Shown one piece after another: positions 1-11,978 of a stretch of DNA of 64,000 nucleotides. Source of the stretch: an uncultured Verrucomicrobiae bacterium. GTDB taxonomy: Bacteria; Verrucomicrobiota; Verrucomicrobiia; Limisphaerales; JAFGQR01. Position 1 is the stretch's first letter, and the number at the start of each line of letters is the position of its first letter. The stretch is taken from the NCBI GenBank assembly GCA_963788655.1, contig CAWBHS010000009.1, positions 32,001 through 96,000 of the forward strand, written 5' to 3'. The position numbers and the translations under genes were made by a program. The notes beneath the pieces were generated by a model, which saw nothing but the letters and a program-made list of their open reading frames with translations, was not told the origin of the DNA and made no database searches.

Positions 1-563
1 GGAAAGGACCGGAGTTTGGCAACAACGGTTCGATGACCATTCGTTGGGCGTTGGCCAACGTGGATCAATGGTTGAAAAAGCTGAACCCCGAAGTCGCGGT
101 CCTGCTTTTTGGCAGCAATGACGTGGGGCAGATGGACGTGGAGGAGTATGTCGTCAAAACCCGCGAAGTCGTGCAACGCTGTCTCAAACGCGGGACCATC
201 GTGATCCTGACCACCATGCCACCACACAGCGGTCGGGTCGAAAAGTCTCGTCGGTTTGCCGCGGCCGCGCGAAAGCTGGCCGGCGAATTGCAGGTGCCAT
301 TAATTGATTACGCCGCGGAAATTCTTCAGCGCCGGCCCACCGATTGGGATGGGTCACTCCCCCAGTTCAAAACCACGCCGGGAGATGGGTATCAAGTGCC
401 GACGCTCATTTCCCGCGACGGCGTGCATCCTTCGAATCCCAAACGCTGGAGCGACGATTACTCGGATGATGGTTTGCGCCACAGCGGTTATGGCTTGCGG
501 AATTACCTGACGTTGATGGCGTATGCCGAGGTCATCACGCACGTGTTGCAGCCGGAGAAATAG
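1..563 (+). CDS. SGNH/GDSL hydrolase family protein, 5' end outside window
   Basis: Frame open from the window edge (KGPEFGNNGSMTIRW...); block III-like LLFGSNDV and catalytic DGVHP (DxxH) motif. Confidence 0.8.
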   Translation, partial: KGPEFGNNGSMTIRWALANVDQWLKKLNPEVAVLLFGSNDVGQMDVEEYVVKTREVVQRCLKRGTIVILTTMPPHSGRVEKSRRFAAAARKLAGELQVPLIDYAAEILQRRPTDWDGSLPQFKTTPGDGYQVPTLISRDGVHPSNPKRWSDDYSDDGLRHSGYGLRNYLTLMAYAEVITHVLQPEK

Positions 564-676
564 GGTGGCTTCTGCGGTAACCATCTTGGAGCGCCGATGC
601 CCTCATCCGCGTTCCAGACGTTTTGGGTGGCTGAGGCAACTTGCTGTAAAACGCGCCGAGGTTTACCGCGCCTGAA

Positions 677-1030
677 CGTGCTGCCGGCATCCTGCCGGCA
701 GATCGAACGTGACAATCGCCGACGAACTGAGGACGGATGTTGGTGCGCACTCACCGCATCCGATTCTTCCGGCGAGACGCCGAAAGCACGTTGCAGCGTG
801 CTGCCGGCATCCTGCCGGCAGATCGAACGTGACAATCGCAGACGAACTGAGAACGGATGTTGGTGCGCACTCGCCGCGTCCGATTCTTCCGGCGAGACGC
901 CGAAAGCACGTTGTAGCGTGCTGCCGGCATCCTGCCGGCAGATCGAACGTGACAATCGCCGACGAACTGAAAACGGATGTTGGTGCGCACTCGCTGCGTC
1001 CGATTCTTTCGGCGAGACGCCGAAAGCACG
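677..1030. repeat. Tandem array of 3 x 120-bp REPIN/BIME-like units (REP family A)
   Basis: CGTGCTGCCGGCATCCTGCCGGCAG at 677, 797, 917 (exact 120-bp period); each unit ends in a degenerate inverted copy TCTTCCGGCGAGACGCCGAAAGCACG. Confidence 0.9.
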
Positions 1031-1079
1031 TTGCTCCGGCTTGCTATGGCGGGAGGCAATAACGTAGCTTGGCGGTTGA

Positions 1080-2213
1080 ATGCGGCTTTTGGACCGGTAT
1101 TTGTTGCGCGAGCTCGTGGTCCCGTTCGGCTATTGTCTGAGCGGGTTTTTAATCTTTTGGATATCCTTCGATCTCGTGGCTCAACTGGAAAAGTTCCAGC
1201 AGCTCCAGCTTGCGACCTCAGAAATTGTGCAGTTTTACTGGTTCAAATCGCCCGAGTTTTTTGCCGTGGTATTGCCGGTCGCGCTCCTGCTGGCCTTACT
1301 TTACGCGCTGACCAATCACGCGCGGCACCACGAACTGACCGCCATTCGCGCGGCGGGCGTCAGCTTGTGGCGGCTGGCAATGCCGTATCTCGGCCTGGGT
1401 TTTGGACTGAGTCTGGTCTTGTTCGGAATCAATGAGATTTGGGCGCCGCGTGGGGCCGAAGCGGCCGAGCAGATCTTGCGCGGGCACTCGGAAGACGCGG
1501 GCAATGTCGCACGAACAATGGAGAGCAAATTCGGCTTCCGTAATGCCCGGGAACAACGCAACTGGTACATGGCTGCGTTTGATCTGGTGACCAGTGAGAT
1601 GCTTTACCCGCACGTTACGTGGTCGTTGCCGGACGGTTCCGTGGAGGAGATTTACGCCGATCGCGCCACTTATGAGAACGGCCATTGGGTGTTCAGCGGC
1701 GGGCGAACCAATGTGCAGGTGTTGCTCTATCCACCGGGTCGCGGCGAAATCGGGAACGTGCGCCGTTTTGCGACGAATTGCCTGCCCATGCCGCAGTTTA
1801 CGGAGAGCCCCGAAGTGATTAGGAGCGAAATCAAGGTGCAGAAAATGAGCAGCCTGCGCGAAGCCCGGCGCACGGAATTATCAATCCGCGAGATCCAGGA
1901 TTACCTGCGGTTGCACCCGGACGAGCGGGCCAAGCGCGCCATGTTGAAAACAAAGTTGTACGGCCGCATTGCCGCGCCTTGGACGTGTCTGGTGGTCGTC
2001 CTGATCGCCTTGCCGTTCGGGGCCGCGCCGGGCCGCCGCAATGTGTTCGCGGGGGTGGCCAGCAGTATCCTGATTTGTTTCAGCTATTTCGTGTTGTTGC
2101 AACTGGGTCTGGCGCTGGGCACGCGCGGCGCTCTGCCCGCCTGGCTGGCAGCGTGGGGGCCTAATTTGGTGTTCGGGCTGGGCGGGATTTACCTGGCGTG
2201 GCGCATTCGTTGA
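1080..2213 (+). CDS. LptF/LptG family LPS export ABC transporter permease
   Basis: MRLLDRYLLRE start, ELTAIRAAGVSLWRL motif, 3 TM + periplasmic domain + 3 TM, AAWGPNLVF near C-terminus. Confidence 0.9.
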   Translation: MRLLDRYLLRELVVPFGYCLSGFLIFWISFDLVAQLEKFQQLQLATSEIVQFYWFKSPEFFAVVLPVALLLALLYALTNHARHHELTAIRAAGVSLWRLAMPYLGLGFGLSLVLFGINEIWAPRGAEAAEQILRGHSEDAGNVARTMESKFGFRNAREQRNWYMAAFDLVTSEMLYPHVTWSLPDGSVEEIYADRATYENGHWVFSGGRTNVQVLLYPPGRGEIGNVRRFATNCLPMPQFTESPEVIRSEIKVQKMSSLREARRTELSIREIQDYLRLHPDERAKRAMLKTKLYGRIAAPWTCLVVVLIALPFGAAPGRRNVFAGVASSILICFSYFVLLQLGLALGTRGALPAWLAAWGPNLVFGLGGIYLAWRIR

Positions 2214-2334
2214 GAATGGAAATGTAAGGTGTGGAAGCGTTAAGTTAGAGTTAACGAAGTCTCGCTCTACCAGGATTGCGTTGGGACGTCGCGGTAGGAC
2301 ATTTGGGTGGGAATGAATCATTGACGGTTAAACA

Positions 2335-4080
2335 ATGAGTGAAGAACTGTCGCCATTGCGGGAACGGTTTGAACGGTTGAACCTGCTGTACCAGGTCAGC
2401 AATGTCATTCACTCGACGCTCGAACCCGAGGAAGCCCTGCAACTCATCGTTCGCGAAGCCGTTCGGCTGATGCGGGCCTCGAGCGGATCGGTGGCCCTGA
2501 TTAATCCCACCAACGGCTTCCTGGAAATCCAAGCCTGGGAAGGGTTGCCCGCGCATGCCGGCCGGTTGAAGCTGCGGGTCGGGGAAGGCATCACCGGCTG
2601 GGTCACCCGCCTGGGCCAACCCGCCCGCGTGGGAAACGTGCAGGCGGATCCGCGTTACGTCATGGTGCGCCCGGAAGTCCGTTCAGAAATGGCGGTGCCG
2701 TTGGCGGTGCGGGGCGAAATTTCCGGCGTCATCAACGTGGACTCGGATCGGCCCGAGGCCTTCAGTGAGAGCGATCTCGAATTGTTGGCTGAACTGGCCG
2801 TGCAAGCCGCGAAGGTCATTCAGAACACCTGGCTGTACGAACAGTTGCGGCTGAAGGCCCGGTTGTTGGAATCGTTGGTCAGCGTGGGCCAGACGATTAA
2901 TTCCACGTTGAACCTGGACGAAGCCCTCAAGGTGATTACCCGGGAAGCCTGTCACCTGATGGAAACCAAGATGTGCTCGTTGTTGCTGGTGGACGCGGAG
3001 CGCGCCGGTCTGGACCTGCGCGCGCACTTCGGCGCCGGCCAGGCGTATTTGGGAAAACCGCGTTTGAGCGTCACCGAGAGTCTGTTGGGCACGGTCGTTC
3101 GCCGCAAGAAACCATTGCAGGTGGAAAACGTGCAAACCTCGAGCCGTTACCAACACGTGGACATCGCGCAGGAGGAAGGATTGGTTTCCCTGCTCAGCGT
3201 GCCGTTGCTGTTTGCCGGCGAGGCCATCGGCACCTTGAATGTTTATTCGGGGCAACTCCATTTGTTCTCCAACGAGGAAATTCGCATCCTCTCGGCGCTG
3301 GCGGAGTTGTCGGCCATCGCCATTGAAAAGGCCCGGCTCTACGAACGCATCGTCGATATCGAGGAGCAGTTGCGGCAGAACGAAAAACTCAGCGCGCTCG
3401 GTTTGCTGGCGGCCGAAGTCGCTCACGAAATCCGCAATCCGCTCACGGTGATGAAGATGCTCTATCACTCGCTGGATTTGAATTTCCCGCTCACGGATCC
3501 GCGCGCCAAAGACGTGCAGATCATGGGGGAAAAGATGGATCAATTGAACAAGATCGTGGAACAAATCCTCGATTTCGCCCGAAGCAACGAGCCGCAAATC
3601 GCCCCCGTGGATGTCAACACCGTGCTCGAGGAGTTGAGTCTGCTCACCCGTCACAAGTTGCACCAGCAGCAAGTGGAATTCGTTAAGTATTTGGCGCCGG
3701 ACTTGCCGCCCATCCTGGCCGATGCTGCGCATTTGGAACAGGCTTTTCTCAACCTGACCTTGAATGCCGTGCAAGCCATGCCGAAAGGGGGACGGCTAAC
3801 CGTGACTACCCGCGCGGTCCAAACCGAGGACGTCGGGACCATGCTGCCACAGATTGTGATTGAATTCACTGATACGGGCGAAGGGATGACCCCCGAACGG
3901 CAAAAGCAAGCCTTTGCCTCGCTGTTAAACACCAGCAAGCAAGGCGGCACGGGTCTGGGATTGGCGATTGTGCGGCGGGTGGTGGAAGCGCATCAGGGCA
4001 CGGTGTCCATCCGTTCCCAGTCCGGCGAGGGAACCACCATCAGCATTGGCCTGCCGGTGCGAAGCAACGGGGCCGCGTAA
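2335..4080 (+). CDS. Cytoplasmic sensor histidine kinase with two GAF domains
   Basis: Two GAF repeats (GEGITGWV...SEMAVPL; SLLSVPL...GTLNVY), H-box AHEIRNPL, N-box NLTLNAVQAM, DTGEGM and GTGLGL boxes. Confidence 0.92.
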   Translation: MSEELSPLRERFERLNLLYQVSNVIHSTLEPEEALQLIVREAVRLMRASSGSVALINPTNGFLEIQAWEGLPAHAGRLKLRVGEGITGWVTRLGQPARVGNVQADPRYVMVRPEVRSEMAVPLAVRGEISGVINVDSDRPEAFSESDLELLAELAVQAAKVIQNTWLYEQLRLKARLLESLVSVGQTINSTLNLDEALKVITREACHLMETKMCSLLLVDAERAGLDLRAHFGAGQAYLGKPRLSVTESLLGTVVRRKKPLQVENVQTSSRYQHVDIAQEEGLVSLLSVPLLFAGEAIGTLNVYSGQLHLFSNEEIRILSALAELSAIAIEKARLYERIVDIEEQLRQNEKLSALGLLAAEVAHEIRNPLTVMKMLYHSLDLNFPLTDPRAKDVQIMGEKMDQLNKIVEQILDFARSNEPQIAPVDVNTVLEELSLLTRHKLHQQQVEFVKYLAPDLPPILADAAHLEQAFLNLTLNAVQAMPKGGRLTVTTRAVQTEDVGTMLPQIVIEFTDTGEGMTPERQKQAFASLLNTSKQGGTGLGLAIVRRVVEAHQGTVSIRSQSGEGTTISIGLPVRSNGAA

Positions 4081-4941
4081 CGTGCTGCCGGCATCCTGCC
4101 GGCAGTTTTGGAACGGCCGCTACGAATCAATGACCAATGCCCCAATGCCCCAATGACCAGAGAAGGACCAAGGCCCAACTCAACGGCCGAGTGCCGAAAG
4201 TAATGGCAAACGTCGCGCCAGCGTTTGGAGTGCGTGGAGCTTGCTCCCGCTTTCGCCGAACCAACGCATCACAAACGAGACAGCGGCGCCAGCAATTCTG
4301 CGACACCTTCCTGCTGCCCGAAAGCGCCGGCAAGCCGGGCGCACTCCAAACGCTGGCGCGACGTTTGGAGGCAGTAGGCGAGTCGCGCGTCGCACGCGGA
4401 TATGGAAGGACGGCGGCAGGATTTTTTATTTCGGATGCGTGGCAGGCTGGGTGTGCAAGTTGGGTCGGGGTGTCTGCGTTCGATTCTGCCGGCGAGACGC
4501 CGGCAGCACGTTGTCCAGCGTGCGGCCGGCATCCTGCCGGCAGTTTGGAACGGCGATCACAAATCAATGACCAATGTTCAATGAACCAATGACCAGAGAA
4601 GGACCAAGACCCAATGGCCAAGTGCCGAAAGCACTCGCAAACGTCGCGCCAGCGTTTGGAGTGCGTGGAGCTTGCTCCCGCTTTCGCCGAACCAACGCAT
4701 CACAAACGAGACAGCGGCGCCAGCAATTCTGCGACACCTTCCTCCTGCCCGAAAGCGCCGGCAAGCCGGACGCACTCCAAACGCTGGCGCGACGTTTGGA
4801 GGTAGTGGGCGAGTCGCGCGGCGCACGCGGATGTGGAAGGACGGCGGCGGGATTTTTTATTTCGGATGCGTGGCAGGCTGGGTGTGCAAATTTGGTCGGC
4901 TTGCCGGCATTCGTTTCTGCCGGCGAGACGCCGGCAGCACG
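4081..4941. repeat. Two tandem ~430-bp composite repeat units (REP-A termini enclosing a REP-B inverted pair)
   Basis: Units 4081-4510 and 4519-4941 share a near-identical core (431-bp offset); each has CGTGC(T/G)GCCGGCATCCTGCCGGCAG at the left end, its degenerate inverse at the right end, and an internal 27-bp perfect IR (AAACGTCGCGCCAGCGTTTGGAGTGCG, 4208-4234/4340-4366). Confidence 0.9.
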
Positions 4942-4975
4942 TTAAGGCCCCGCGCTGCCGGCCGCTTGACAAAGC

Positions 4976-6300
<1,325 letters not shown>

Positions 6301-6811
6301 AGCTATTTGTCGTTAATTTCGATCCAGAATTGCGGGTATTGCTAAAGGAATCTGCCCCCCAGTGCAAGTGGAAAAGGGAATCAAGGGAATCGGTCTGCGG
6401 CCAGGGGTGGAATGTTGAAGGTTTGAAGCGGGGAAGCCGCGAGGCGGCGGACGAGGATGATTGAAAACAGTAATACCGCGTGACAACCGGGCAAATTCAA
6501 GGCCGGAACCCGATTCCAGAAACCTGCGTCCGCGTCGTCCCGCACTCGGGCCAAACTGGCTCGGGTCGCCGTGCTTCGGCGTTCGGGCCTGCAGCACTTT
6601 GGATCTTGGATTTTGGTCTTGGCCTTAGTGTTGGCCCAGGCATGTTTCTTCTGAGTTCAGAGCCCCTGCGGCTTCAGCTTGCCTGGAAAACAAAAAAGTC
6701 GCATTTCCCGGCAACTTGGTGTATATAGCTGCCGAAATCAGCCCGTAAACAATGAAAACAGCAAGTTGTATCGCTGGGGTCATTCACCCTAACCCCCTAA
6801 GATATTGGTTT

Positions 6812-8060
6812 ATGCGTATTCTGCTTTTGGGAGCGTCGTTAATGTTTAGTGCCTACCTCGCCATTGCCACCGCGCCCCCTCCCCCAAACGACAATTGCGA
6901 CAACGCGATTCCGCTTACCCCGGCGAGCTTCCCCTTTTTGACGGAGCCCATCTATGACCTTTCCGGAGCCACCAGCGTGGGGGATCCAGAGTTTGAATGC
7001 TCGTTATTTCGGGCGCCAACCAACAGCGTGTGGTACACGTTCACGCCGGAGAACTCCGGTACGTATGCCCTGTCCACCGCCGATGGCACGGTGACCTTTA
7101 CCAACCTGGACACGGTGTTGGGAGTTTACGAAGTCACCAATGGATGCGCGGCGGTCGAGGACTTCGTGCTGGTCAACTGCAACAATGATGTCGGCGATGA
7201 GCTTCGGGCCAAGTTGTTTGCCACGCTGACCGCGGGAACCACCTATTACATTTACGTGGCTCTGTTCGAAACCTACACCTACGAAGGCGGCACCAACACG
7301 GTGCAACTCTTGATCGATCTCATCTCCCCGCCGGCCAATGATTTTTGTTCTTCGGCCGAGGTCATTCCCACCGATGCCGCTTTTCCCTACCGGACGGCGA
7401 TTCACGACATTGCCGGCGCCACGACCAATGGCAGCCCGGTTACCGTGCCGGCTTGTCAGGAAAGCGCAGTGCGGAGTGTGTGGTTCACGTTCCGTCCGTC
7501 CGCCGATGCGGAATATGATTTTTCAACCTGTTCCGAGCTGACGGAAACGCTGGTTACCGATACGGTCCTGGCGCTTTATTCGGCCCCCAACGGGTGTGAC
7601 GGAACTTTGACGGAGGTGGCCTGCAATGATGATGACGAAACCAGCACTTGCCAGGAAGAAAATCTGCAATCGTACATTTCCGCCTTTTTGAACCACGACA
7701 CCGATTATTACATCGTGATTTGGCAATGGTATGATCCGGAGTTCACCGTTATCGACGAAGTCCACCCCGGAGATTCTTTGGTGCAACTGTACGTGAACTC
7801 CGATTATGTGCCGCCCATCGCGGTGGCGATCCGGCCGGCGAAGGAAGGAGCGTATGTCCTCGATTTCGCCGGGATGGAGGGCCTGCAGGTACGAAGTTCT
7901 AGGTTCGTCAGAGATCTCATTGGACCTCCTAAATTGGGATCATGTCGCCACGTTGGGGAGTGAGAATTACGACCCGTCCACCGGACATTTTTCTTACACA
8001 GTTGATCCCAACGACCCGCTCTACTCGCCACCGCACTTCTTCCGCATCAAAGCGCTGTGA
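6812..8060 (+). CDS. Secreted protein with two PPC-like beta-sandwich repeats; one frameshift near 7880 (alternative start 6752)
   Basis: Signal peptide MRILLLGASLMFSAYLAIATA; two repeats ND(N/F)C..A...SVW(Y/F)TF.P...DTVL..Y...CN(N/D)D; C-terminus continues in ORF 7806-8060 (..FFRIKAL). Confidence 0.7.
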
Positions 8061-8109
8061 CGCTTTTGCCCGGTAATTCCAAGCCGAACCAATCCCAGGC
8101 GGACAACCG

Positions 8110-8227
8110 GTAGGACAGACGTCTCGCCTGTCCCGGATAATCGGAGAGCGTTCACTTATCTTGCTTGTCACCGAATGGCCATCGGACGGGTTTGGGTCAC
8201 TCGGGACCGCCGGGACGGCTGTCCTAC
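8110..8227. repeat. Inverted pair of GTAG-type REP elements (family C)
   Basis: GTAGGACAGACGTCTCGCCTGTCCC (8110) and degenerate inverse GGGACCGCCGGGACGGCTGTCCTAC (ending 8227); same family at 19236. Confidence 0.75.
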
Positions 8228-8326
8228 AGATGGCTGCTCGGTTGCGTTGCGGTGCGATGTCTGGTCAGGCGGTGCTTGGCGCGGCGTTTGCGTGCTGCCT
8301 GAAGGCCGGATTTCAAACTGGCAACC

Positions 8327-8770
8327 TTACGCCAAAACTGCTGCCGGCGCGGCGTCGACCTTTTCGTCGAACTCCGGCGGCAGGGGCGTGGCGTGCATGG
8401 TGCCGTCCGGTCGATAAGCCACACATACGACCGTAATCCAACCGCGGGCGGCTTCTTCAGTCGGAGCGCCATTCAGTTTGCGAAAGCGAAATTCGTAAGT
8501 GAGGGCTTTGCTGCGCTTCTGTACGACGAGCAAGTGGACCTCGACTTCGTCCTCGAACCGCAGCGGGTGCTTGTAATCGCACTTCGCGTGTACCCGCGGC
8601 CAGCCCACCTGCTCCTCGATGCCGCCCGGAGCCACCGAAAATCCCAGTGATCGGAAGAACGCGTGCTCGGCCGTTTCCATGAACCGGAAGAAATTCGAGA
8701 AATGCATGATCCCGGCCATGTCAGTCTCGGAAAACTCCACGCGCCGCGTGATTTTGAACTCGTACACCAT
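8327..8770 (-). CDS. Acyl-CoA thioesterase (YbgC/4HBT hotdog family)
   Basis: RRVEFSETDMAGIMHFSNFFRFMETAE motif; CDYKHPLRFEDEV. Confidence 0.9.
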   Translation of the reverse strand: MVYEFKITRRVEFSETDMAGIMHFSNFFRFMETAEHAFFRSLGFSVAPGGIEEQVGWPRVHAKCDYKHPLRFEDEVEVHLLVVQKRSKALTYEFRFRKLNGAPTEEAARGWITVVCVAYRPDGTMHATPLPPEFDEKVDAAPAAVLA

Positions 8771-8887
8771 GACCCAATCCTAATCGTTCGCCCGCAACTC
8801 GGTCACGGCAAATCAACGCCCGTGGGCACATACATGCCCGAGGTGAATCGATACTCTATAACGTTCGATGGTCAGCGATTAATTTGT

Positions 8888-11800
8888 TCAACCATGGCTC
8901 TTCCCCAACCGGACGGTCAATCGCACCAGCGTGCCACCATCGTTCGCAGGATCGATGGCAAAACTGCCTCCGATGTCCTCCATGCGTTTGCGCATGTTAC
9001 GCAAGCCATTCCGGCCTTTCTGTTCGCTTTGGGGATCGAGTCCGCGACCGTTGTCTTCAATTTCCAGGACACAATGATCCGGCTCCAGGCGCAGCCGCAA
9101 CCGTGCTTCGGTGGCGTGCGCGTGCCGGACGACGTTCGTCACGGCTTCCTGGGCGGCCAGGAAGACATTGTGTCGGACCTCCGGGGGAATGGGCGTCGCC
9201 GGCAATTGGGTGGGAACATCCAACCGGTAGCGCAGTCCGGCCACCGTGAGATAATCCTGAGCGTTCTTGCAGATATAATTGACCAAGCCTTCCAGGGTGT
9301 CGTTGGCGGGATTCACCGTCCACACGATTTCGTCGAGCACGCGCGTGGTGTCGCGGGCGGTTTGACAAATCTGTTGGGCGTGCGCTTCGACTTCTTCCGG
9401 CGCATCCTTGTCGCTCTCGATTAGTTCCCCCAGCATCGCCACCTGGGTCATGCTGGCCCCAAGTTGATCATGGATGTCGCGGGCAATGCGGGCGCGCTCC
9501 TGCTCCAGAGCCTCCTGTTGGCGCAACCCGGCCAATTGGCGCTGGAGTTTTTGGGTCGAGACGAAATGGACGACGGCGATAATGCTGCCCAGCAACAGCA
9601 ACACCGCCCCGCTGATAAACCACCAGGTCCGCCACACAGGCGGGACCACAGTGACGGCCAGGGAACTGCCGGCTTTGTTCCACACGCCGTCCTCGTTGGC
9701 GGCGGTGACCTGAAACACGTAGTGCCCCGGCGGCAGCTTGCTGTAATGCGCGCTCCGGATGTTGCCGGCCGGCGTCCAGGCCGTTTCGTAGCCTTCCATG
9801 CGATATTTGAAGCGCCGGGCGCGTTCCGGAGCGGCCAGGTTCAGACTGGTGTATTTGATCTCGAGGTGTTCCTTGCCCGCCGGGACGGTGACCGAATGCG
9901 GCCACCCGCCGCGCATGGCGTTGGTATTTTGCCCGACGCCATCAATCAACACTGACTCGATGATCACGGGAGGCGGATTGGTATTGGAGTGCAGTTGTGT
10001 GGGATCGACGAATGCCAGGCCGCGCGTCGTCGGGAACCAGAGCTTCCCATCACTGGTGCGACAGGCTCCCGGCTGCGAACCCAGCGTACACTCGCTGATG
10101 GGCAAACCATCCTGATGCCCGTAGGACCGGCACGGGATGAAATTGGTCTGGCCATTCGCAAAATCGTTCAACGCCTGTTTGGGCACGCGCATCAAGCCTG
10201 CACTCGAGGCAATCCACAAATACCCCTGCCCGTCTTCCAGTAGATAGCCCAGGCTGTTGTTGATGAGTCCCTCGCGGGTCGTGTAGCGAGTGAACTGGCC
10301 GTCCTGGAACCGGGCCAGGCCACTCGAGGACCCGATCCACAAAACGCCTTCGCTATCGAGGTAGAGCGAGGAAATGTTGTCGCTGGGCAGGCCATCGCTT
10401 TTGTGATACGCGGTGAACTGACCGTCGTGCAGGCGATTCAGCCCGCCCCTGACGGTACCGATCCATAGGTCTTGATCCTGATCGCCCGCAATGGCTTGAA
10501 CAATGTCTGCCGACAAGCCGTCGCGGGTCGAGTAACGCCGCCATCCACGGTCATCCCAGCGCAGTAAACCACTTCGGGTGCCGAACCAGAGCCGGCCGTG
10601 AGGATCCTGATAAATAGCTTGCACGACCTTCGGATATTCCGGCCCCGGCACGACGCGCTGGAAACGGCCATTTTCAAATTGAAACAGACCCGGCCCCGGA
10701 CTGGCCCACGTGCCCATCCAGACTTGTTGGTTCGTGTCCACAAACATGGATTTGACCGAACGGTTCAGCAGTCCCTGCTGGAAACCAAGCCATTCCACCT
10801 CACCGTTTTTCCAATGGCCCACTTCGCCGCCATTGCAGCCGACCCAGAGTCCACCCCGTTGATCCGGGCAAACCGATTGCACTGTCAGCCCAGGGGTTTC
10901 GGGCATGACGTTGAAAACGTGATGCTGGACCCGATTCAATCCACCGCCATCGGTGCCGACCCACAGGGTGCCTTCCCGGTCCATGAGCAAAGATAGAATG
11001 GAATTGTGGGACAATCCCTGGTTGGTGGTTAGGCAAGTGTGTTTTCCTTCGGCGTCGAACCAGAACAATCCATCGCCCAAAGTGCCGACAATCAAGTTGC
11101 CCTGTTGATCCTCGCAAGCGGCCGTCACCCGCTGGGCCCAGAGGTCGTTGTAGCTGGCCAATTCGCGCACCGGATGGTTGTCCTTCCACTTTTGAATTCG
11201 CCCGTTGGCCAGGCACCAGAATCCTCCCTCCCGGCTGCGCAGTAGGAAATCGAGTCGCCCCATCCTGAAGTCCTGGACCACCGGCAAATTGGGCGGGTCC
11301 ATCGCCGCCGTGGGATCAATGGCCACCAGGTGCCAATCGCTGCCAATCCATAGCAATCCGGCATCAGTGGCAATAATCGTTCGGTAGTTGGCCCGCACAT
11401 TGGCATCAAACGAAAACTGCTGGACGCGCCCGTCGCGGTACCGCCATAGCCGTCCGGTTGTGGAATAGAGCCACACCGCTCCCAGGGAATCCTCGCAGGC
11501 CGCCACCAACCGCCCGGCGGAACCATCCTGATTGCTCACCAGACTGGTGACTGTGCCGTCTTTGGCCAGGAAGATACCGGCCGTTTCGGTGCCGATCCAC
11601 AAATTGCTCCGGCTATCCTCAAACAGGCTGACAATCCAACTGCTATCCAATCCTGGCGTGTTGCCTTCGTCAAAGACCGTAAACTGAATGCCATCAAACC
11701 GCACCACTCCGCTCAGCGTGCCCAGCCACAAATAACCGTCGCGCGTTTGCGTCATCGCAATCACCGAATTCTGCGGCAATCCCGCATCCGTGTCATACAC

Positions 11801-11917
11801 GCTAATGGTGTAGGGTGCCGTCGCAGGGGCGAGGGCTGCCATTTCGCCGCACAGTCCGGCGGTTGGGCCCCCCATCAGCAGCCCGGCGATGACGACTTTC
11901 CAACTGTGTTTCAGCAT
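8888..11917 (-). CDS. Membrane sensor kinase: Reg_prop beta-propellers + Y_Y_Y domain + HisKA_3/HATPase
   Basis: Many GL..N.I..L..D..G.LWIGT repeats, YSKLPPGHYVFQVTAAN, TM helix, ERARIARDIHDQLG, EAVTNVVRHA, DNGRG, GRNGLRNM. Confidence 0.92.
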   Translation of the reverse strand: MLKHSWKVVIAGLLMGGPTAGLCGEMAALAPATAPYTISVYDTDAGLPQNSVIAMTQTRDGYLWLGTLSGVVRFDGIQFTVFDEGNTPGLDSSWIVSLFEDSRSNLWIGTETAGIFLAKDGTVTSLVSNQDGSAGRLVAACEDSLGAVWLYSTTGRLWRYRDGRVQQFSFDANVRANYRTIIATDAGLLWIGSDWHLVAIDPTAAMDPPNLPVVQDFRMGRLDFLLRSREGGFWCLANGRIQKWKDNHPVRELASYNDLWAQRVTAACEDQQGNLIVGTLGDGLFWFDAEGKHTCLTTNQGLSHNSILSLLMDREGTLWVGTDGGGLNRVQHHVFNVMPETPGLTVQSVCPDQRGGLWVGCNGGEVGHWKNGEVEWLGFQQGLLNRSVKSMFVDTNQQVWMGTWASPGPGLFQFENGRFQRVVPGPEYPKVVQAIYQDPHGRLWFGTRSGLLRWDDRGWRRYSTRDGLSADIVQAIAGDQDQDLWIGTVRGGLNRLHDGQFTAYHKSDGLPSDNISSLYLDSEGVLWIGSSSGLARFQDGQFTRYTTREGLINNSLGYLLEDGQGYLWIASSAGLMRVPKQALNDFANGQTNFIPCRSYGHQDGLPISECTLGSQPGACRTSDGKLWFPTTRGLAFVDPTQLHSNTNPPPVIIESVLIDGVGQNTNAMRGGWPHSVTVPAGKEHLEIKYTSLNLAAPERARRFKYRMEGYETAWTPAGNIRSAHYSKLPPGHYVFQVTAANEDGVWNKAGSSLAVTVVPPVWRTWWFISGAVLLLLGSIIAVVHFVSTQKLQRQLAGLRQQEALEQERARIARDIHDQLGASMTQVAMLGELIESDKDAPEEVEAHAQQICQTARDTTRVLDEIVWTVNPANDTLEGLVNYICKNAQDYLTVAGLRYRLDVPTQLPATPIPPEVRHNVFLAAQEAVTNVVRHAHATEARLRLRLEPDHCVLEIEDNGRGLDPQSEQKGRNGLRNMRKRMEDIGGSFAIDPANDGGTLVRLTVRLGKSHG

Positions 11918-11978
11918 AATGTATTATTCGGGAGACCCGGTGCCGGGGCAACCCCAATCGCCTGGGGGCCATCGTTAG

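Noticed and set aside
677..1030. CRISPR array
   Set aside because: Spacers are near-identical copies, units end in an inverted repeat, and no cas genes are present; fits REPIN/BIME.
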